Below are positions 36,901 to 49,969 of a stretch of DNA of 64,000 nucleotides, piece by piece. Positions within the stretch are counted from its first letter, which is position 1. Every line of letters begins with the position of its first letter. The notes beneath the pieces were generated by a model. That model ran no database searches, was not told the DNA's origin, and saw only the letters and a program-made list of their open reading frames with translations. Position numbers and translations under genes: made by a program. The DNA is from Rhizophagus irregularis (Eukaryota), in assembly GCF_026210795.1 (NCBI RefSeq), contig NC_089429.1:3410001-3474000 (forward strand), given 5' to 3'.

Positions 36901-39900
36901 GCTCACTAACGTTTCAATTTTTTTTTTTGTAGATGGTGATATTGGAATTCAGTGAATTTATTATTCAAAATATATTGTGAAGGCAATTGGATGATGATTA
37001 TCTAACGAAGATTATGTTATGGAGTCTTTAAACAAGAAAATTTAAAGGTTCTTAAGATCTCCTTAGACGTAAGTATCGTTATGTTTATTTTTTTTTTAAA
37101 AAAAAAACAATCTTTTTTAATGAATCGTTTATTAAAATGTTTCGTTTATTTCATTTTTATAGACAACCGATTCTTTGTTATCTTTGGACATTGATTTCGG
37201 TAAGGGTAAATATTCTTGGATTATTTATTTAATTAAATAATTACTAATGTTTGTTTGTTTAAAAATCTTTTAGACAGCTTTTCTACTCTTTGGACGTGGA
37301 AATTTGGTGAGTATGATGTTTCTTTTAATTTTTTATTCTATCTTTTAAAGGACATTAACTAATTTCTTTTTTTTTAGATGGTTTGTTTCTCAGCTCTTTG
37401 GATGTAAAATTTGGTGAGAACATCCCTTTAACAAGACGTTTTGTATTCCAGGTCTTTAGATGAGTGAAAACTTTCGTAGGGATTAGGCCATCGAATATAA
37501 ATCTACTCCACTCTTCCAACACTTTCGCCGTCTTTTCCATTCCTTTTCCATCCCTTTTCACACTTTCGTCTCCCCTTTCCCATTCTTTTTTCCTTTCCAT
37601 CTCTTTTATCTTTTTTAGACGACTTTTCAGCCCTTTGGATATGGCATTCTGGTAAGTTTTGTAATGGTTCTATAAGGTAAAATCAAATATTAGTCCAAGA
37701 TGGTTTTCAGTATATAATAAGGTAAAATTGTTTATATTTCTGAACCTGTATAATATTTAGTCATTAGCAAATTAGATTTTTTCAATAACGGGTTTAATAA
37801 CATGTTTTAAAATATTTTTTTTTATACAGTTTTTATAAACCAGTTCAAAACTCTTTAAACTCCATATGGGAAGGGTTATATGGGATATCTGATGGAAAAT
37901 TTTTTTTAAGAGATTTTCTAAAAGTTCATATGGAAAGGATTCGTATGGGATATCTGATAGAAAATTTTTTTTTTGAGAGATTTTTTAAGATTCGTATAGG
38001 ATATTTTTGATAAATAAAGATTTTTTTTTTTAAGATTTCTAAGTGTTCGTATGGGAAGAGTTCATATGGAATATTTTGATAAAGATTTTCTAAGAGTTCG
38101 TATGGAAAGAGTTCGTATGGGATATTTTAATAGAGATTTTTTTTGTGAAATTTTTTAGGGTTTGTATAGATGTTTTTGATAGAAAATTTTTTTTTGAAAT
38201 TTTCTAAGATTCGTATAGGAAATAGGAATTTTTTTTGAAATTTTCTAAGAATTTGTATGAGATATTTTTAATAGAGAATTTTTTTAGAATTCAAACATTA
38301 AATAAAAAATAATATACTTTTTATTAAATTTATATTAAATAAATTAATATTATTAAGCAATTTTAAAAAAATTTAGGTCTCCGAAAGTCAAGGTAAAATT
38401 TAATACAAATTTAAAAGGTCATTATATATAAGGTAAAATAATGAGATGAGTGAATTTGAAATTTTCAGTTTCTGGAGATGCGATATTTATCTATTATATC
38501 TATTATTAACCAATTAAAATTCGGTCTGATCTTTATGCACGTGATCTGATCTTAACATGCATATAAATTACCAAACTCAAGTTTGTTTATTTTTCAAAAA
38601 ATATACACGCTCTTTCTTTTTTATTTTTTTTTTACTCTCTTTACATTTTACAGGTATATTAATTATTGTATTTTTGTCATTAAATTTATTGTACTGACTA
38701 TATTTTATTTTATAATATTAACTTTATCACTTTTTAATATTACTAATGTAACGTTATATTTCTTTTATTTTATATTACTAATGTTATTCTTTTTTTTATA
38801 TTTTACTAACATCATCACATATTTTTCTTTTTTTTTATCAAACTCTTCATAATACTAACTTTGTATTTGTACTTTACTATGATTACTAACTTTTATATTT
38901 ACACTTTACTATTTATTAAATATTACTAACTTTATCAGTTATATTCTAACATCTGTTTTCAAATATTACATCATTTTGTAGTATAAAGTATTTAAAAAAG
39001 ATTATGAATGGTTTTTATTTAAATAAAGACACTATGTATTTTATTGTTTGTAGAGTTTATAATTTTAATAAATATTATAATGTGCTGTAATAAATTTTAT
39101 TATTGGTTATGTGATTACTACTATAAATTAACCCATAAATTGACCATAAATTGACCATCGATTAACCATAAATTGACCATCGATTAACCATAAATTGACC
39201 ATCGATTGACCATAAGTTAACTATCGATTGACCATAAGTTGACTATCGATTGACCATAAATTGACCATCGATTGACCATAAATTGACCGCCAATCGGTCA
39301 CCAATCAGTCACCAATCGGTCACATCGGTCACCAATCTATCACCAATCTGTCACCAACCGGTCACCAATCTGATACCAATCTGACACCAATCGGTCACCA
39401 ATCTGATACCAATCGGTATATCAATCCGTCATCAATTGGACTGCCCGGTTGGTATTGGATTTTGGCAGAAATTGGATGCCAATCAGGCACAAATTGGATA
39501 CCCGATTGATGACTGATTGATGACTGATTTGATACTTTTTGACCTGTGTTAAGAAAATCGTTAGCGTCCTACTGCGTTGATTTCTCAATTAACAAATCAA
39601 CTATAAATCATAATTAAAAAAGACAAATCAATTAATAATAAGAAAATTGTTAGCGTTCTACTGTGTTGATTTCTTGATTGGAAAATCAACTATAAATTAT
39701 AATTAAAAAATCAAATCAATTAATTAAAATTAAGAAAATCATTAGCGTACTACTGTGTTGACTTTTCGATTAGAAAATCAACTATAAATCATAATTAAAA
39801 AATCAAATCAATTAATAATAAGAAAATCATTAGCGTTCTACTGTGTTGATTTCTCGATTGAAAAATCAACTATAAATCATAATTAAAAAATCAAATCAAT

Positions 39901-40117
39901 TAATAATAAGAAAATCATTAGCGTTCTACTGTGTTGATTTTTCGATTGAAAAATCAACTATAAATCATAATTAAAAAAGACTAATCAATTAATAATAAGA
40001 AAATTGTTAGCGTTCTATTGCGTTAATTTCTCAATTGAAAAATCAACTATAAATCATAATTAAAAAAGTCAAATCAATTTATAATAATAAGAAAATTGTT
40101 AGCGTTCTACTGCATTA
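33980..40117. repeat. About 88-bp tandem repeat between the divergent genes, split by the 34276-39548 insertion
   Basis: Unit AAGAAAATCGTTAGCGTTCTACTGTGTTGA...AATCAACTATAAATCATAATT; about 3 copies at 33980-34275 and 6-7 copies at 39549-40117. Confidence 0.85.
34276..39548. mobile_element. Non-autonomous CACAG-type (CMC/CACTA-like) element, 5.3 kb, containing divergent micro-exon arrays
   Basis: Ends TACAGGTCGAAA...TTTTGACCTGTG; TSD TTA at 34273-34275 and 39549-39551; GTCACCAATCG subterminal repeats at both ends; the host tandem repeat resumes exactly. Confidence 0.88.
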
Positions 40118-40928
40118 AAATTTGATATACTTTAATGCGGCAAGTTATACTTTGTCGAAATTTGCAGTAAAATCGAAAATATTTCTTGTATATTTAGATT
40201 CTGTAGCGATATTGTTATTATAGCAATACCACTTTGATTAATACAAAATTGTTACTTTTCAACTTTCGCTAAAATTTACAGTTTCTTTTGATAAGGTTTG
40301 TTTGGCATCCGAAAATGATAAAGGGATGATAAAGTGATTATCTTGTAAATAAAAGTTATTTTAAAATAAAATAAGCTTTTTATTTTAAAAATAAGCTTTT
40401 TATTGTAAAATAAGCTTAAATCATATTGCAATTTTTAAAAGTATATTAATTAGAAAATTCGCAAATTTATTATATAAAATTGCCAAATTTGTGAAAAAAA
40501 ATATTAAATCCTAAAAAATTATTGAAATAATCATAGAAGCCAGGATTACATTAATTATATATACAAATTATACAAATTTTGTGTTATTCCAAATTTTATA
40601 AAAATCGGCCTTTTTACAAATTTGGATTTTGCCAAACTTATTAAACTTATTCAAACACTAAACAAATAAGCAGAAAAAGGTCAGTCTTTAGTATACTTAA
40701 CGATCTTGATGATGAAAAATCACCATCAAATCAGCTATCTTCTACTTGTAGAAATAGATCAATTTCTAGTATAATAAACGAAGAAATAGTATCTTCTGCT
40801 AGATCAACAAATAATAAAAGAAAACTAGTAGTTTGTAACTGTCTTGATTGTGATGGTGACTTGGTGGATTCTCGTACAAAAGAAATTCACGATTCCAGAC
40901 ATCAAGAATACCAAGATTTGCAAGATCT

Positions 40929-41082
40929 ACAAGTTGAATAAGCAATCACTCGTTTAAGATCATTTTGGAAAAGACCAGTGGTAGCCGCCATGAAAGCTGT
41001 CAAAGATCTGATCCAAAGAAGTAATAACAGAGCCATTTCACTGTACTCTAACAAAGGAGAAATTCGGAGAAATAAGAATACC
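40929..41082 (-). other. nad5: NUMT: fragment of mitochondrial NADH dehydrogenase subunit 5
   Basis: Translates as [51 protein letters not shown], which includes the ND5 signature [13 protein letters not shown]. Confidence 0.9.
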
Positions 41083-43199
41083 AAGTTCATCAACTTGAAA
41101 TAGGTGAAACATCAACACCCACTTCAGCTGAACAAATGATTGATGAATCTATTAGACAAGAATCGGAAGAATCAGATAACAGTAATCAAGATGATGTTGA
41201 TGATGAATATCAAGATATCGAATTTAACTTCTTATCTCGATAACGTGCAAGAAAGTATACAAATCATCCGGAAATTTCAGAAGATCCAGAAGATTCATCA
41301 TCATCCAAATATACTACAGAGGAAGATATCTACAGTGATACATTGTCTATAGGCAGTGAATCAGATAATGATCCAATTTTGGAATTTCTGGAATTTTTGA
41401 AGACTATTCACCACCTAGTTATGAACCATTTCAAAACCCACTATATTCAGAATCGAATTATAATCGATTTTTATGGATGTTACTTTGGATAATGAACTTT
41501 CGAATAAGATTCAATATCGCAGAGACAGCTACTGAGACTCTAATAAAATTTATGAAATTGGCCCTGTACGAGTTCAGTAGTGACGATTTTAATGATTTTC
41601 CAGATTCGCTTTACTTAACAAGAAAGAAGCTTGGATTAAACGACCAATTTCATAGTTTTGTACCTTATCCGAAATGTTACAAATTGTATAAAAAAGAGGA
41701 AGTGGTAGATTTCAAACAAGAGGACAATCCTGCTATAATAAAATGTCAACACATAGAATTTCCCAATTCTTCAGTTCATAGATCACGTCTTTGCAATATG
41801 GCATTGTCTGAAAAAATTAGCGTATCGACAAATCGAACAATAATATGACCTAATTTAATGTATCTGTTTGCTGGAATCAATCAACAATTTGCCACTATAT
41901 TTTGTCGGCCTGGGTTTAAAAATTCTTTCTGACATTGGACTAATCGGTCGAATTTTGATAATATTTTGACCGATATATATGATGGGTAAGTGTGGAAGAA
42001 TTTTAAAGAATAGGACAATGAAGATTCGCCAAATTTTTTCAGAAGCGAAGTGGCCGATTCTCATCTTGGCTTGATGCTGAATCTTGATTGGTTTCAGCCA
42101 TATGATAGTACTATTTATAATATCGGTATCATATACGCTGCTATATGCAATTTGCCATGCGATATCCGATTTAAACGTGAAAATTTATTGACTCTTGGCA
42201 TTTTACCTGGGCCAAAGAAGGTCAGCTTACATAAAGTAAACCACTATTTAGCACCAATAGTTAACGAATTGGAAACACTCTGGGCTGGGTTAACACTAAA
42301 TCGTACTTATGAATGCGAAAATGGAAAGAGAGTTCGTGGTGCTTTAATCTTAGTATCATGTGACATTCCTGTCACAAGAAAAATTTGCGGTCATGTTTCT
42401 GCCTTAGTTTCATGTTACAGGTGTGAGAAAAAAGCAAATTATGAAAATGTGCAGCATAATGTTGCTGGAATGGATAATGTAGGGTATTCTGCTCAAGATT
42501 CGAATGAGCACTGGCAAAACGCATTAGGTTGGCGAAGATGCAACTCAGACGCTGCTAGAAAGTGCTTCGTCAAAGAAACTGGCGTTAGATGGTCTGAATT
42601 GTTGCGTCTATCATATTTCGACCCTATTAGATTTATTACAGTCAATTCAATGCATTGCTTATTTCTGGGCATTGCTAAGTGGATAGTAAAACAAATTTGG
42701 ATCGATGGGGGTATTTTGACACCAAATTCTTTAAACAAAATTCAGAAAAAGATGGACGAATTTCAGATACCATCCGATTTAGGTCGAATTCCAGGAAAAA
42801 TTCATAGTGGAAAGGGATTCACCAATTTTACGGCCGATCAGTGGCGAATATTCTTTACAATTTATTCAACTGTATCACTTTGGGAACACCTTTCAGACGT
42901 AGATAGAAGAATTCTGACTCATTTTGTCAGAGTTTGTTCGATTTTGGTAAATCAGATTCTAGAATCTAATTTGGTGAATGAAGCCCATAGAAGTCTTATT
43001 GAAATAGTCAAATTAATTGAAAATTACCACGGCAGAGATAAGATCACACCAAATCTTTATCTTTCTCTGCATTTGCGTGATTGCTCATCTGATTATGGAC
43101 TATTATATGCGTTCTGGTATTTCTTTTTCGAACATATGAACGGTATATTAGGTAAATATCCGTTAACGATTTTTTAACGATTTTAACGATTTCAATATT

Positions 43200-43709
43200 C
43201 ATCAGGAAATTTGTTTAGGCGTAATTTAGTGTAATATTTCAGAGGTGGTGTAAAATTTCAAAATATTACACTAAAAACGTAATATTACAAAAGTTTACGC
43301 TCTTAAATTTGAATAATTATAGTAATTTAAAAATATCTCACTATCTACTGATCCAATCAAGACAATCTATAGCTCATTGGAATCAGCTCATCAAGACGAA
43401 TCGAATGGTAGTAAAATCATATCTCTACGTTTGATAAATGACCTTCTATTAATTTAAAACTTTATTACATACTACAGAGCGTTCTATTAACTGTAGAAAT
43501 GCGAATTTACTACCATTCGATTCGCCTTGATGAGCTGATTCCAATGAGCTATAGATCGTCTTGATTGGATCAGTAGATAGTGAGATATTCTTAAATTACT
43601 ATAATTATTCAAATTTAAGAGCAAAACTTTTGTAATATTACAATATTTCAAAATTTTACACCATTTCCGAAATATTACACTAAATTACGCCTAAACAAAT
43701 TTCCTGATG
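43200..43709. mobile_element. Fold-back MITE (same family as 6231-6752) inside the transposase intron
   Basis: CATCAGGAAATTTGTTTAGGCG...CGCCTAAACAAATTTCCTGATG; TT on both flanks. Confidence 0.9.
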
Positions 43710-45847
43710 TTAGCTTATAATTTATTGATTTCGCACTTTTAGGTTCGTTACCAAACAGCAATAGGAAAATTGAGTCTGAACTTATGCGCCAATTAATGTT
43801 TGATAAACAAATCGAAAATATCATAAGTTTAGGTATCGAAGTAAAAGGTCTTGAATTGCTAAACAGTCAGCGTACTATCGGGTCCCTTTCAGTTACTGAT
43901 GAATTTTTGTCAGATGAGATGCATCGATTTTGGTTGAATTCATAAAATATTAAGGATTCACAGATTTCTGGCAAAGAAAGCTTTCCAGGTGAATTTTTCA
44001 AGCCGGTATCTCATAATATACTACTTTCAAGTGAAATGTTAAATTTAATGGTCGAATATTACAATGCGACTTACAAATTATTTGGATTTCGAAGGCCTCT
44101 TGTAAAAGGTTTAGATAACGATATAATAATTAGAGTCAAAATTAACCAATTCAGAAGGTGTCAGATTGGTTCAGAAGTCTTTAGATCGTCATTATCGTTA
44201 AGACATGTAAAAAGTTCGTATGTCTTAGCAAAATTTATTACGGATGATGAAGATGTCGACACCTACCCAGGTCAAATTCAGTATTATTTTACTCACGTAG
44301 TAGACTTTCTGGATGGTCCTGTTGAACATTTTCTAGCATACGTTTATTGGTATAAACACGCAAATTCAACCAATATTCGATACTATTTCAGCAGTGATGA
44401 AATTTGTAATGTTGAGTTGTGGAATACTGAATTTTATATAATAAGTCGTGATTGTATAATACTTGTGCATCATATTTTAGGTAGATTTGTACCAGTAAGT
44501 TACAAAATCTCAAACCGGCAAAATGCAAGAGAGTATTTAGCCGTAAATCCATCCAATTAGTAGAAAATACCAATTATAAACTTATAAGTTTTAGACATAA
44601 ATTTATAATAAATTGAGTAATTGACTATAAATTTGGTGTTGATTTTTTCCGAATTTCTGAATTTTAATGACAAATCATGTTTTTCAAAAGTTAATTTTGA
44701 TGACTTTTTTTGTATCAATCAGCTGTCAATTAAGTATAATGATTTTTTGCCAAATTTTTATCAAATTTTTATTGAATTATCAATTTTCCATAAATTGGAA
44801 GTACATATTTGAATATTGGGTAAATTTCAGGTTGATTGCCATTTTGTCTGATTTTTTTTTTTGATTTCAACCAGCATCAATCAGCTGTCAATAAATATAA
44901 TAATTTTTTGCCAAATTTTTATTGAATTTTTATTGAATTGTCAATTTTCCGTAAATCTGAAGTACATATTTGAATATTGGGTAAATTTTAGGTTGATTTG
45001 TCATTTTGTCTGATTTTTTTTTTGATTTCAACCAGCATCAATCAGCCATCAACCAAATATAATGATTTTTTGCCAAATTTTTATTGAATTTTTATTGAAT
45101 TTTTATTAAATTGTCAATTTTTCATAAATCGGAAGTGCATATTTGAATATTGGGCAAATTTTAGATTGATTTGCCATTTGTCTGATTTTTTTGATTTCAA
45201 TTAGCATCAATCAGCTGTTAATTAAATATGATGATTTTTTGCTAGATCTTTATTAAATTGTCTGATTGGCATCAATCAGATGTGCTGATTTGTAATGTCA
45301 GTTGATTTTGGTCTAATTTTTAGCTGATTTTTTATATGTCCGATTTTTTTGATTTTGACCAGTGTAATGAGGTGCTTAAAGTTGCTTGCCGAAACTCTTA
45401 TATAGTGCCGAAACGCCGAAACGCCGAAACTGCGAAACCTATCAAAATTGCGAAACTGCCGAAACATGCCGAAACCTCTATAATAGGTTTCTCCATAGTT
45501 TCGGCATAGTTGATCATAAGATTTGCATATAGTTACGCCAAGTTACACCAATTAATAATATAATTTAGATGATCAAATAATCTACAGATAAAAGATTAAA
45601 CTTCAATATTTTACCATCGTCTTAGTTCTTTTAAGCTTTATCTAGTGTTAGAATTTTCATTTCTAACTCCCATATTAATATTATGATATTACACGTTTTT
45701 ACAGTTTTTTTTTAAGGGGCTTATATTCATTAAAGGAAAATGCGTAACATGCATTTAATAAACCCAATTCCGTCATCTCCTTTAACACTGAACTAAAGTT
45801 TCTTTTACCATTTTCTTAATAATAAAATTAATAATAAACTGTTTCAA

Positions 45848-48148
45848 ATGACTGATCACATAGAAGATTCACCCATTAAAAAGAAAAATAGAGGAGGTCG
45901 GTCACCTAATAGCATTTGGGAAGATATTAATAAAGGAGAAGCTGTTGGTTCTGGCAAATTTGCCGCCTCCTGCAAGTACTGTAAGAATACATGGTCACGC
46001 GATGAAGTTTCAAAGCTCGAAGAGCATCTTTCAAACCATTGTCCAGATACACCAGCAGCAGTTATTAGAAGGTATATGACTAAAGTAATGGAACGGCAAG
46101 ATAAGTCCAAGTCATCCAAAAAAAGAAAATACTCTGAAGGTCAAAGTAACATGGATGATTACCATGATTCAACAGAGCTTAACGAACAAAGATGTACACG
46201 AATTAATCGTGTATTAGTTAAATTTTTTATTGCGTGCAGAATTGCGTTTAGAGTAGTGGAACATCCCTTTTTCATCAATTTTATAAAAGAGCTTAATGCC
46301 GGGTACAATACACCAACAAAGGAAGTATTAGTAAATCAACTACTTGAACGTGAATTAGCTCAAGTGAACTTCAAAGTTAATTCTGAGCTTGAAAAGGAAA
46401 CGAATTTAACGTTAGGTTTGTTAAATTAAATAGACTATCATACGTCATTTTTATTTAATCTTACTTACTATATAATATTAATTTATAATTTAGCCTTTGA
46501 TGGTTGGACGTCTGGTACATATCGTTCAATTTGGAACTTCATTGTAATGACTCCGTCACGTAAAGAATATCTTTATCAACTTTCTGATTTGTCTGAAAAT
46601 TCGCACACTGCAGAATATCTAGTTACGGTAATTGAAAAGGTTATAGAAGGTATTGGAGAAGATCGAATATGTGCTGTAGTTTCCGATAATGCGGCCAATG
46701 TTTGTAATGCATGAAAAATTATACATGAGAATCATCCAAAGATTGAGAATGTGTGATGCATTGCACATTCTATCAATTTAATTGCATGCGACATCGTCAA
46801 GGAGAAGCTTGGGGAACGTTTATTAAAACGTGTTAATATTTTGACAACCTTTTTTAGAAGTTCTCATCAGGCTAATGCAAAACTTGCTCAAATAATTAAA
46901 GAAAAAGGAATTAGTGGAGGAGGATTAAAATTATATTGCAAGATACGCTGGACTACTGCTAGTGAATCCGTAAATTCAGTAATAAATTTGGAATCAGCAC
47001 TAGAAGAAATGGCTAGCGATCACGATAAAGTGCTAACAAATGATAAAATAAAACCGATTATTCAATCGAGAAATTTTTTTTCAAATTTACGAGTTCTTGG
47101 ATTTGTTCTGGATCCTCTAAGAAAAGCGGTACTTTCATTAGAATCGAGAAGAGCTACACTTGCAGATTGTTTCCTGAGCTTGGCAAGACTTGCAGCTACA
47201 TTAAAAAAGTTACCCAAATCATTAAATCCTGCATTCCGAAGTCATTGTATCAAAGTAATAAATGAAAGATTTGATGAGTTCGATGATGATAAGTATATTA
47301 CTTGTTTTTTTATGGATCTCAGATTTAGAAACGCGCCACTTAAAAAATGCGCCCTTATGAGAATTATCAAATGTGCAGCTTCAATCGGGAAAAATTTAGG
47401 TTTCGACCGTTACGAAGCTGAAACTTTATGTGATCAAATACAGAAATATATTAATGAGCAAGAGCCATTTGACCTAGATATCAGTTTTGCTAAAGATAAT
47501 CCCGTGAATTGGTGGAAATATATTAATACCGAACCAGAACCAGATGCCCTGCCAAGAATTGCAAGTTATCTATTTGCAATATGTCCTAACTCAGCAACTT
47601 GCGAACGTGGATTTTCGACTTTAGGATGGCTATTTCATAAACGTCGCTTAAATCTTAATGTGGATAAACTAGAATCCATGTGCAAATTAATTTTGTATTG
47701 GAAATCCAATTCAAAAACTGAACTTGGATTTTATGGAATTGATCAAAAAAAGAATACTCGTCTTAGTGATGATGAGATCAATATACGTATTGCAGAAGCT
47801 TTTACAGAAGATGACGATGAGGAATATAATGAGGAGCAAGCTTCTACTCAGAGATTAACTACAAGCGGCGAAACAATACCCGAAGACAATTGCCATGTAG
47901 TAATCGAAAGTCTATGAATTGATCAATTTGTTAATTTATCGCATGATTCAATTACTAGTGAAATTGGCGATATTCTAAGAGATATATTGGATGATTCAGA
48001 TGAAAATAATGCGGAAGATGATGAAGTTGATGATAGTGGTAATAACAAGAGACCCGGAGAAGGTGACTATGATTATGATATAGATGATGTATTAGGTATG
48101 GATGACGGTGATAATAATGACGATAATTATGATGATAATGAGGAATAA
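45848..48148 (+). pseudogene. hAT transposase (BED finger, DDE, dimerisation domain), intron 46416-46493, premature stops
   Basis: CKYC...HLSNHC; spliced LAFDGWT; VSDNAAN; CIAH; RW; CERGFS; TGA stops near 46712, 46754 and 47915. Confidence 0.92.
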
Positions 48149-48817
48149 TAATAATGAGAAATAATTACAATAGTTAATCCAATGAGAATTAATTCTAATA
48201 TCATGTGATTTAAATAATGATACTATTTAGGAAATAAATGATGTAATTATGCAGGGCAAAATATTCGCGATCAAAGTCCAGTTAACATATAATTATGCAG
48301 GCAATGCAGGCAATTGTAATTTTATATTATATTTTAAAACATTGCAATTTAATTAAGGAATAAGGATAAGCATATTATATTTTAAAAATAGTGCAATTTA
48401 ATTAAGGAATAAGGATAAGCATATTATATTTTAAAAATAGTGCAATTTAATTAAGGAATAAAAATAAGCATATTATATTAGAATCAATAAGTTTTAAGGA
48501 CTTCGTTGATTAAATTTATTACATTAGATCAATAAATTTTAAGAACTGCGTTACAAAAAAAAATTTAGAACTGCGTTAATTAAATTTATTACATTAGAAT
48601 CAAAACTGTATTTATTTTGTTACAAATACTTTAATTATGTAGAATGTTATTATGTTTATCAGTTCATGTTTTAAACATTATAACGAATTTTAAAATTATT
48701 ATAAATATTATGAAATTTGAATTTTTTTTTCGCAATTCAAAACCAAATTGTATTTTAATTTTCAAATTGTATTTAATTTTCAAATTTCAAGTTACGAAAA
48801 AATCATAAAAATAAAAA

Positions 48818-49491
48818 ATGGCAGCATTAGTACCTTTTGTCTCACCGCCACCACCAGTATTCCAATGGATATTAACGCAGCTAGGCAATTAATCGCAGAG
48901 CGGAGAAACTTACATCAGCAATTCGAAAGAATTGCAAACCGTTATCATGTAAATGCATGGACAATAATAGCAAATAGGGTGTTCGTTGCAACGGGATTTG
49001 CAGCGACACCCAGGCAATGCCAAACAAAATGGAATGCTCTCAAACGAGGTTATGAAAACCTCAGTAGGATAATAAATAATAATGATGACGACATTCCTAT
49101 TATAAGCCCAAATAGTTTCGATAGAGCGTGTTTTGCTGATATGAACGATGAATTCTGGTTACAAACCGGTAATTATTATTAATTATTATTTTAAATTAAT
49201 TTTATTTAGGCAATTCATTCAATTCATTAATATTTTTATTGGATTTTAGATCTGTTTAGACGAGAGTATCGATGGCAGCATGCTGCGCATGATCGACGTC
49301 GATATGAATATAGATTGCGAAGGAAAAGAAGAAGGTCGCGATCTAGGTCTCGATCAAGAAATAGATCAAGAAGTAGAGATAGAAGACGAGATAGAAGTAG
49401 AGATAGAAGACGAGATAGAAGTAGAGATAGAAGACGGGACAGAAGTAGAGATAGAAGAAGAGGTAGAAGCAGGTCCCCACATAGAAGATAA
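48818..49491 (+). pseudogene. Myb/SANT-like (trihelix/MADF-type) domain plus C-terminal RS/RD dipeptide domain; intron 49169-49249; probable 1-nt deletion near 48868
   Basis: FQW-(D)INAARQLIAERR...AWTIIANRV...QCQTKWNALKRGY; exon 2 in frame gives RRRSRSRSRSRNRSRSRDRRRDRSRD...RSRSPHRR*. Confidence 0.75.
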
Positions 49492-49686
49492 AGATATTAT
49501 TAAATTTTAATTTTTATTATATTTTTAATCGTGTATTTTATTAGTTTAATATTAAATATTATAAAATAAATATTTACATACAAAAAATCATATTGTCTTT
49601 ATTCTTATAAATTGTTTAAATGCCGAAACTCTAATTAAATCATATAGAAAGTATTGCCGAAACGCCGAAACAGTTTCAGTAAGTTA

Positions 49687-49841
49687 GGGCAGTGACATTT
49701 ATTACGTAATATCTATTTACTATAAGCCCATACTCCCCCACCCCCATGTAATATGAAAAATCTTACGTTACACTTATATGTTATATGACCTTTAAATACC
49801 CTCCCACCCCCTAAAATATTACGTAATAAATGTCACTGCCC
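49687..49841. mobile_element. MITE with TTA TSD (Zator- or PIF/Harbinger-type)
   Basis: TIR GGGCAGTGACATTTATTACGTAAT...ATTACGTAATAAATGTCACTGCCC; TTA on both sides. Confidence 0.9.
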
Positions 49842-49969
49842 TTACGGCAGTTTCGCGATTTTGATAGGTTTTGCAGTTTCGGCATTTCTTGATGATTTCG
49901 TGAAACTAGTTTCGGCAGTTTCGCGTACGCCATTTTGCTGAAACCCTCTAGTTTCGGCAAGCAACCTTA

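Larger units (their letters stand above)
40666..44579 (+). pseudogene. Tnp2/Transposase_21-family transposase with intron 43152-43742; disrupted
   Basis: Collinear with 1-2183 (SRKRSVFSILN, CNCLDC, LNLDWFQP, SCDIP, MHCLFLG, FTADQWR, TPNL); C-terminal YPGQIQYYF; many stops. Confidence 0.88.
30872..45364. mobile_element. CACTGG/EnSpm-type transposon, 14.5 kb including nested insertions
   Basis: 13-bp TIR CACTGGTCAAAAT...ATTTTGACCAGTG; subterminal repeat arrays at about 31020-31550 and 44700-45240; divergent accessory and transposase genes. Flanks ATC and TAA do not match. Confidence 0.85.
45377..49969 (+). mobile_element. hAT transposon (4.6 kb) with two genes
   Basis: TIR TAAAGTTGCTTGCCGAAAC...GTTTCGGCAAGCAACCTTA; GCCGAAAC subterminal repeats; the 8-bp flanks differ. 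Confidence 0.9.

Noticed and set aside
40902..41093. Functional nuclear nad5 gene
   Set aside because: Only about 50 codons, embedded antisense in a transposase pseudogene.
45848..48148. Repeat-induced point mutation (RIP) as the cause of decay
   Set aside because: The visible stops are scattered CGA>TGA and TGG>TGA transitions compatible with ordinary methyl-C deamination. RIP cannot be supported without dinucleotide counts.
49280..49510. Acidic EIEVEIED ORF from the ORF track
   Set aside because: Alternative frame of the RS-rich exon 2; splicing from the Myb exon selects the RS frame.
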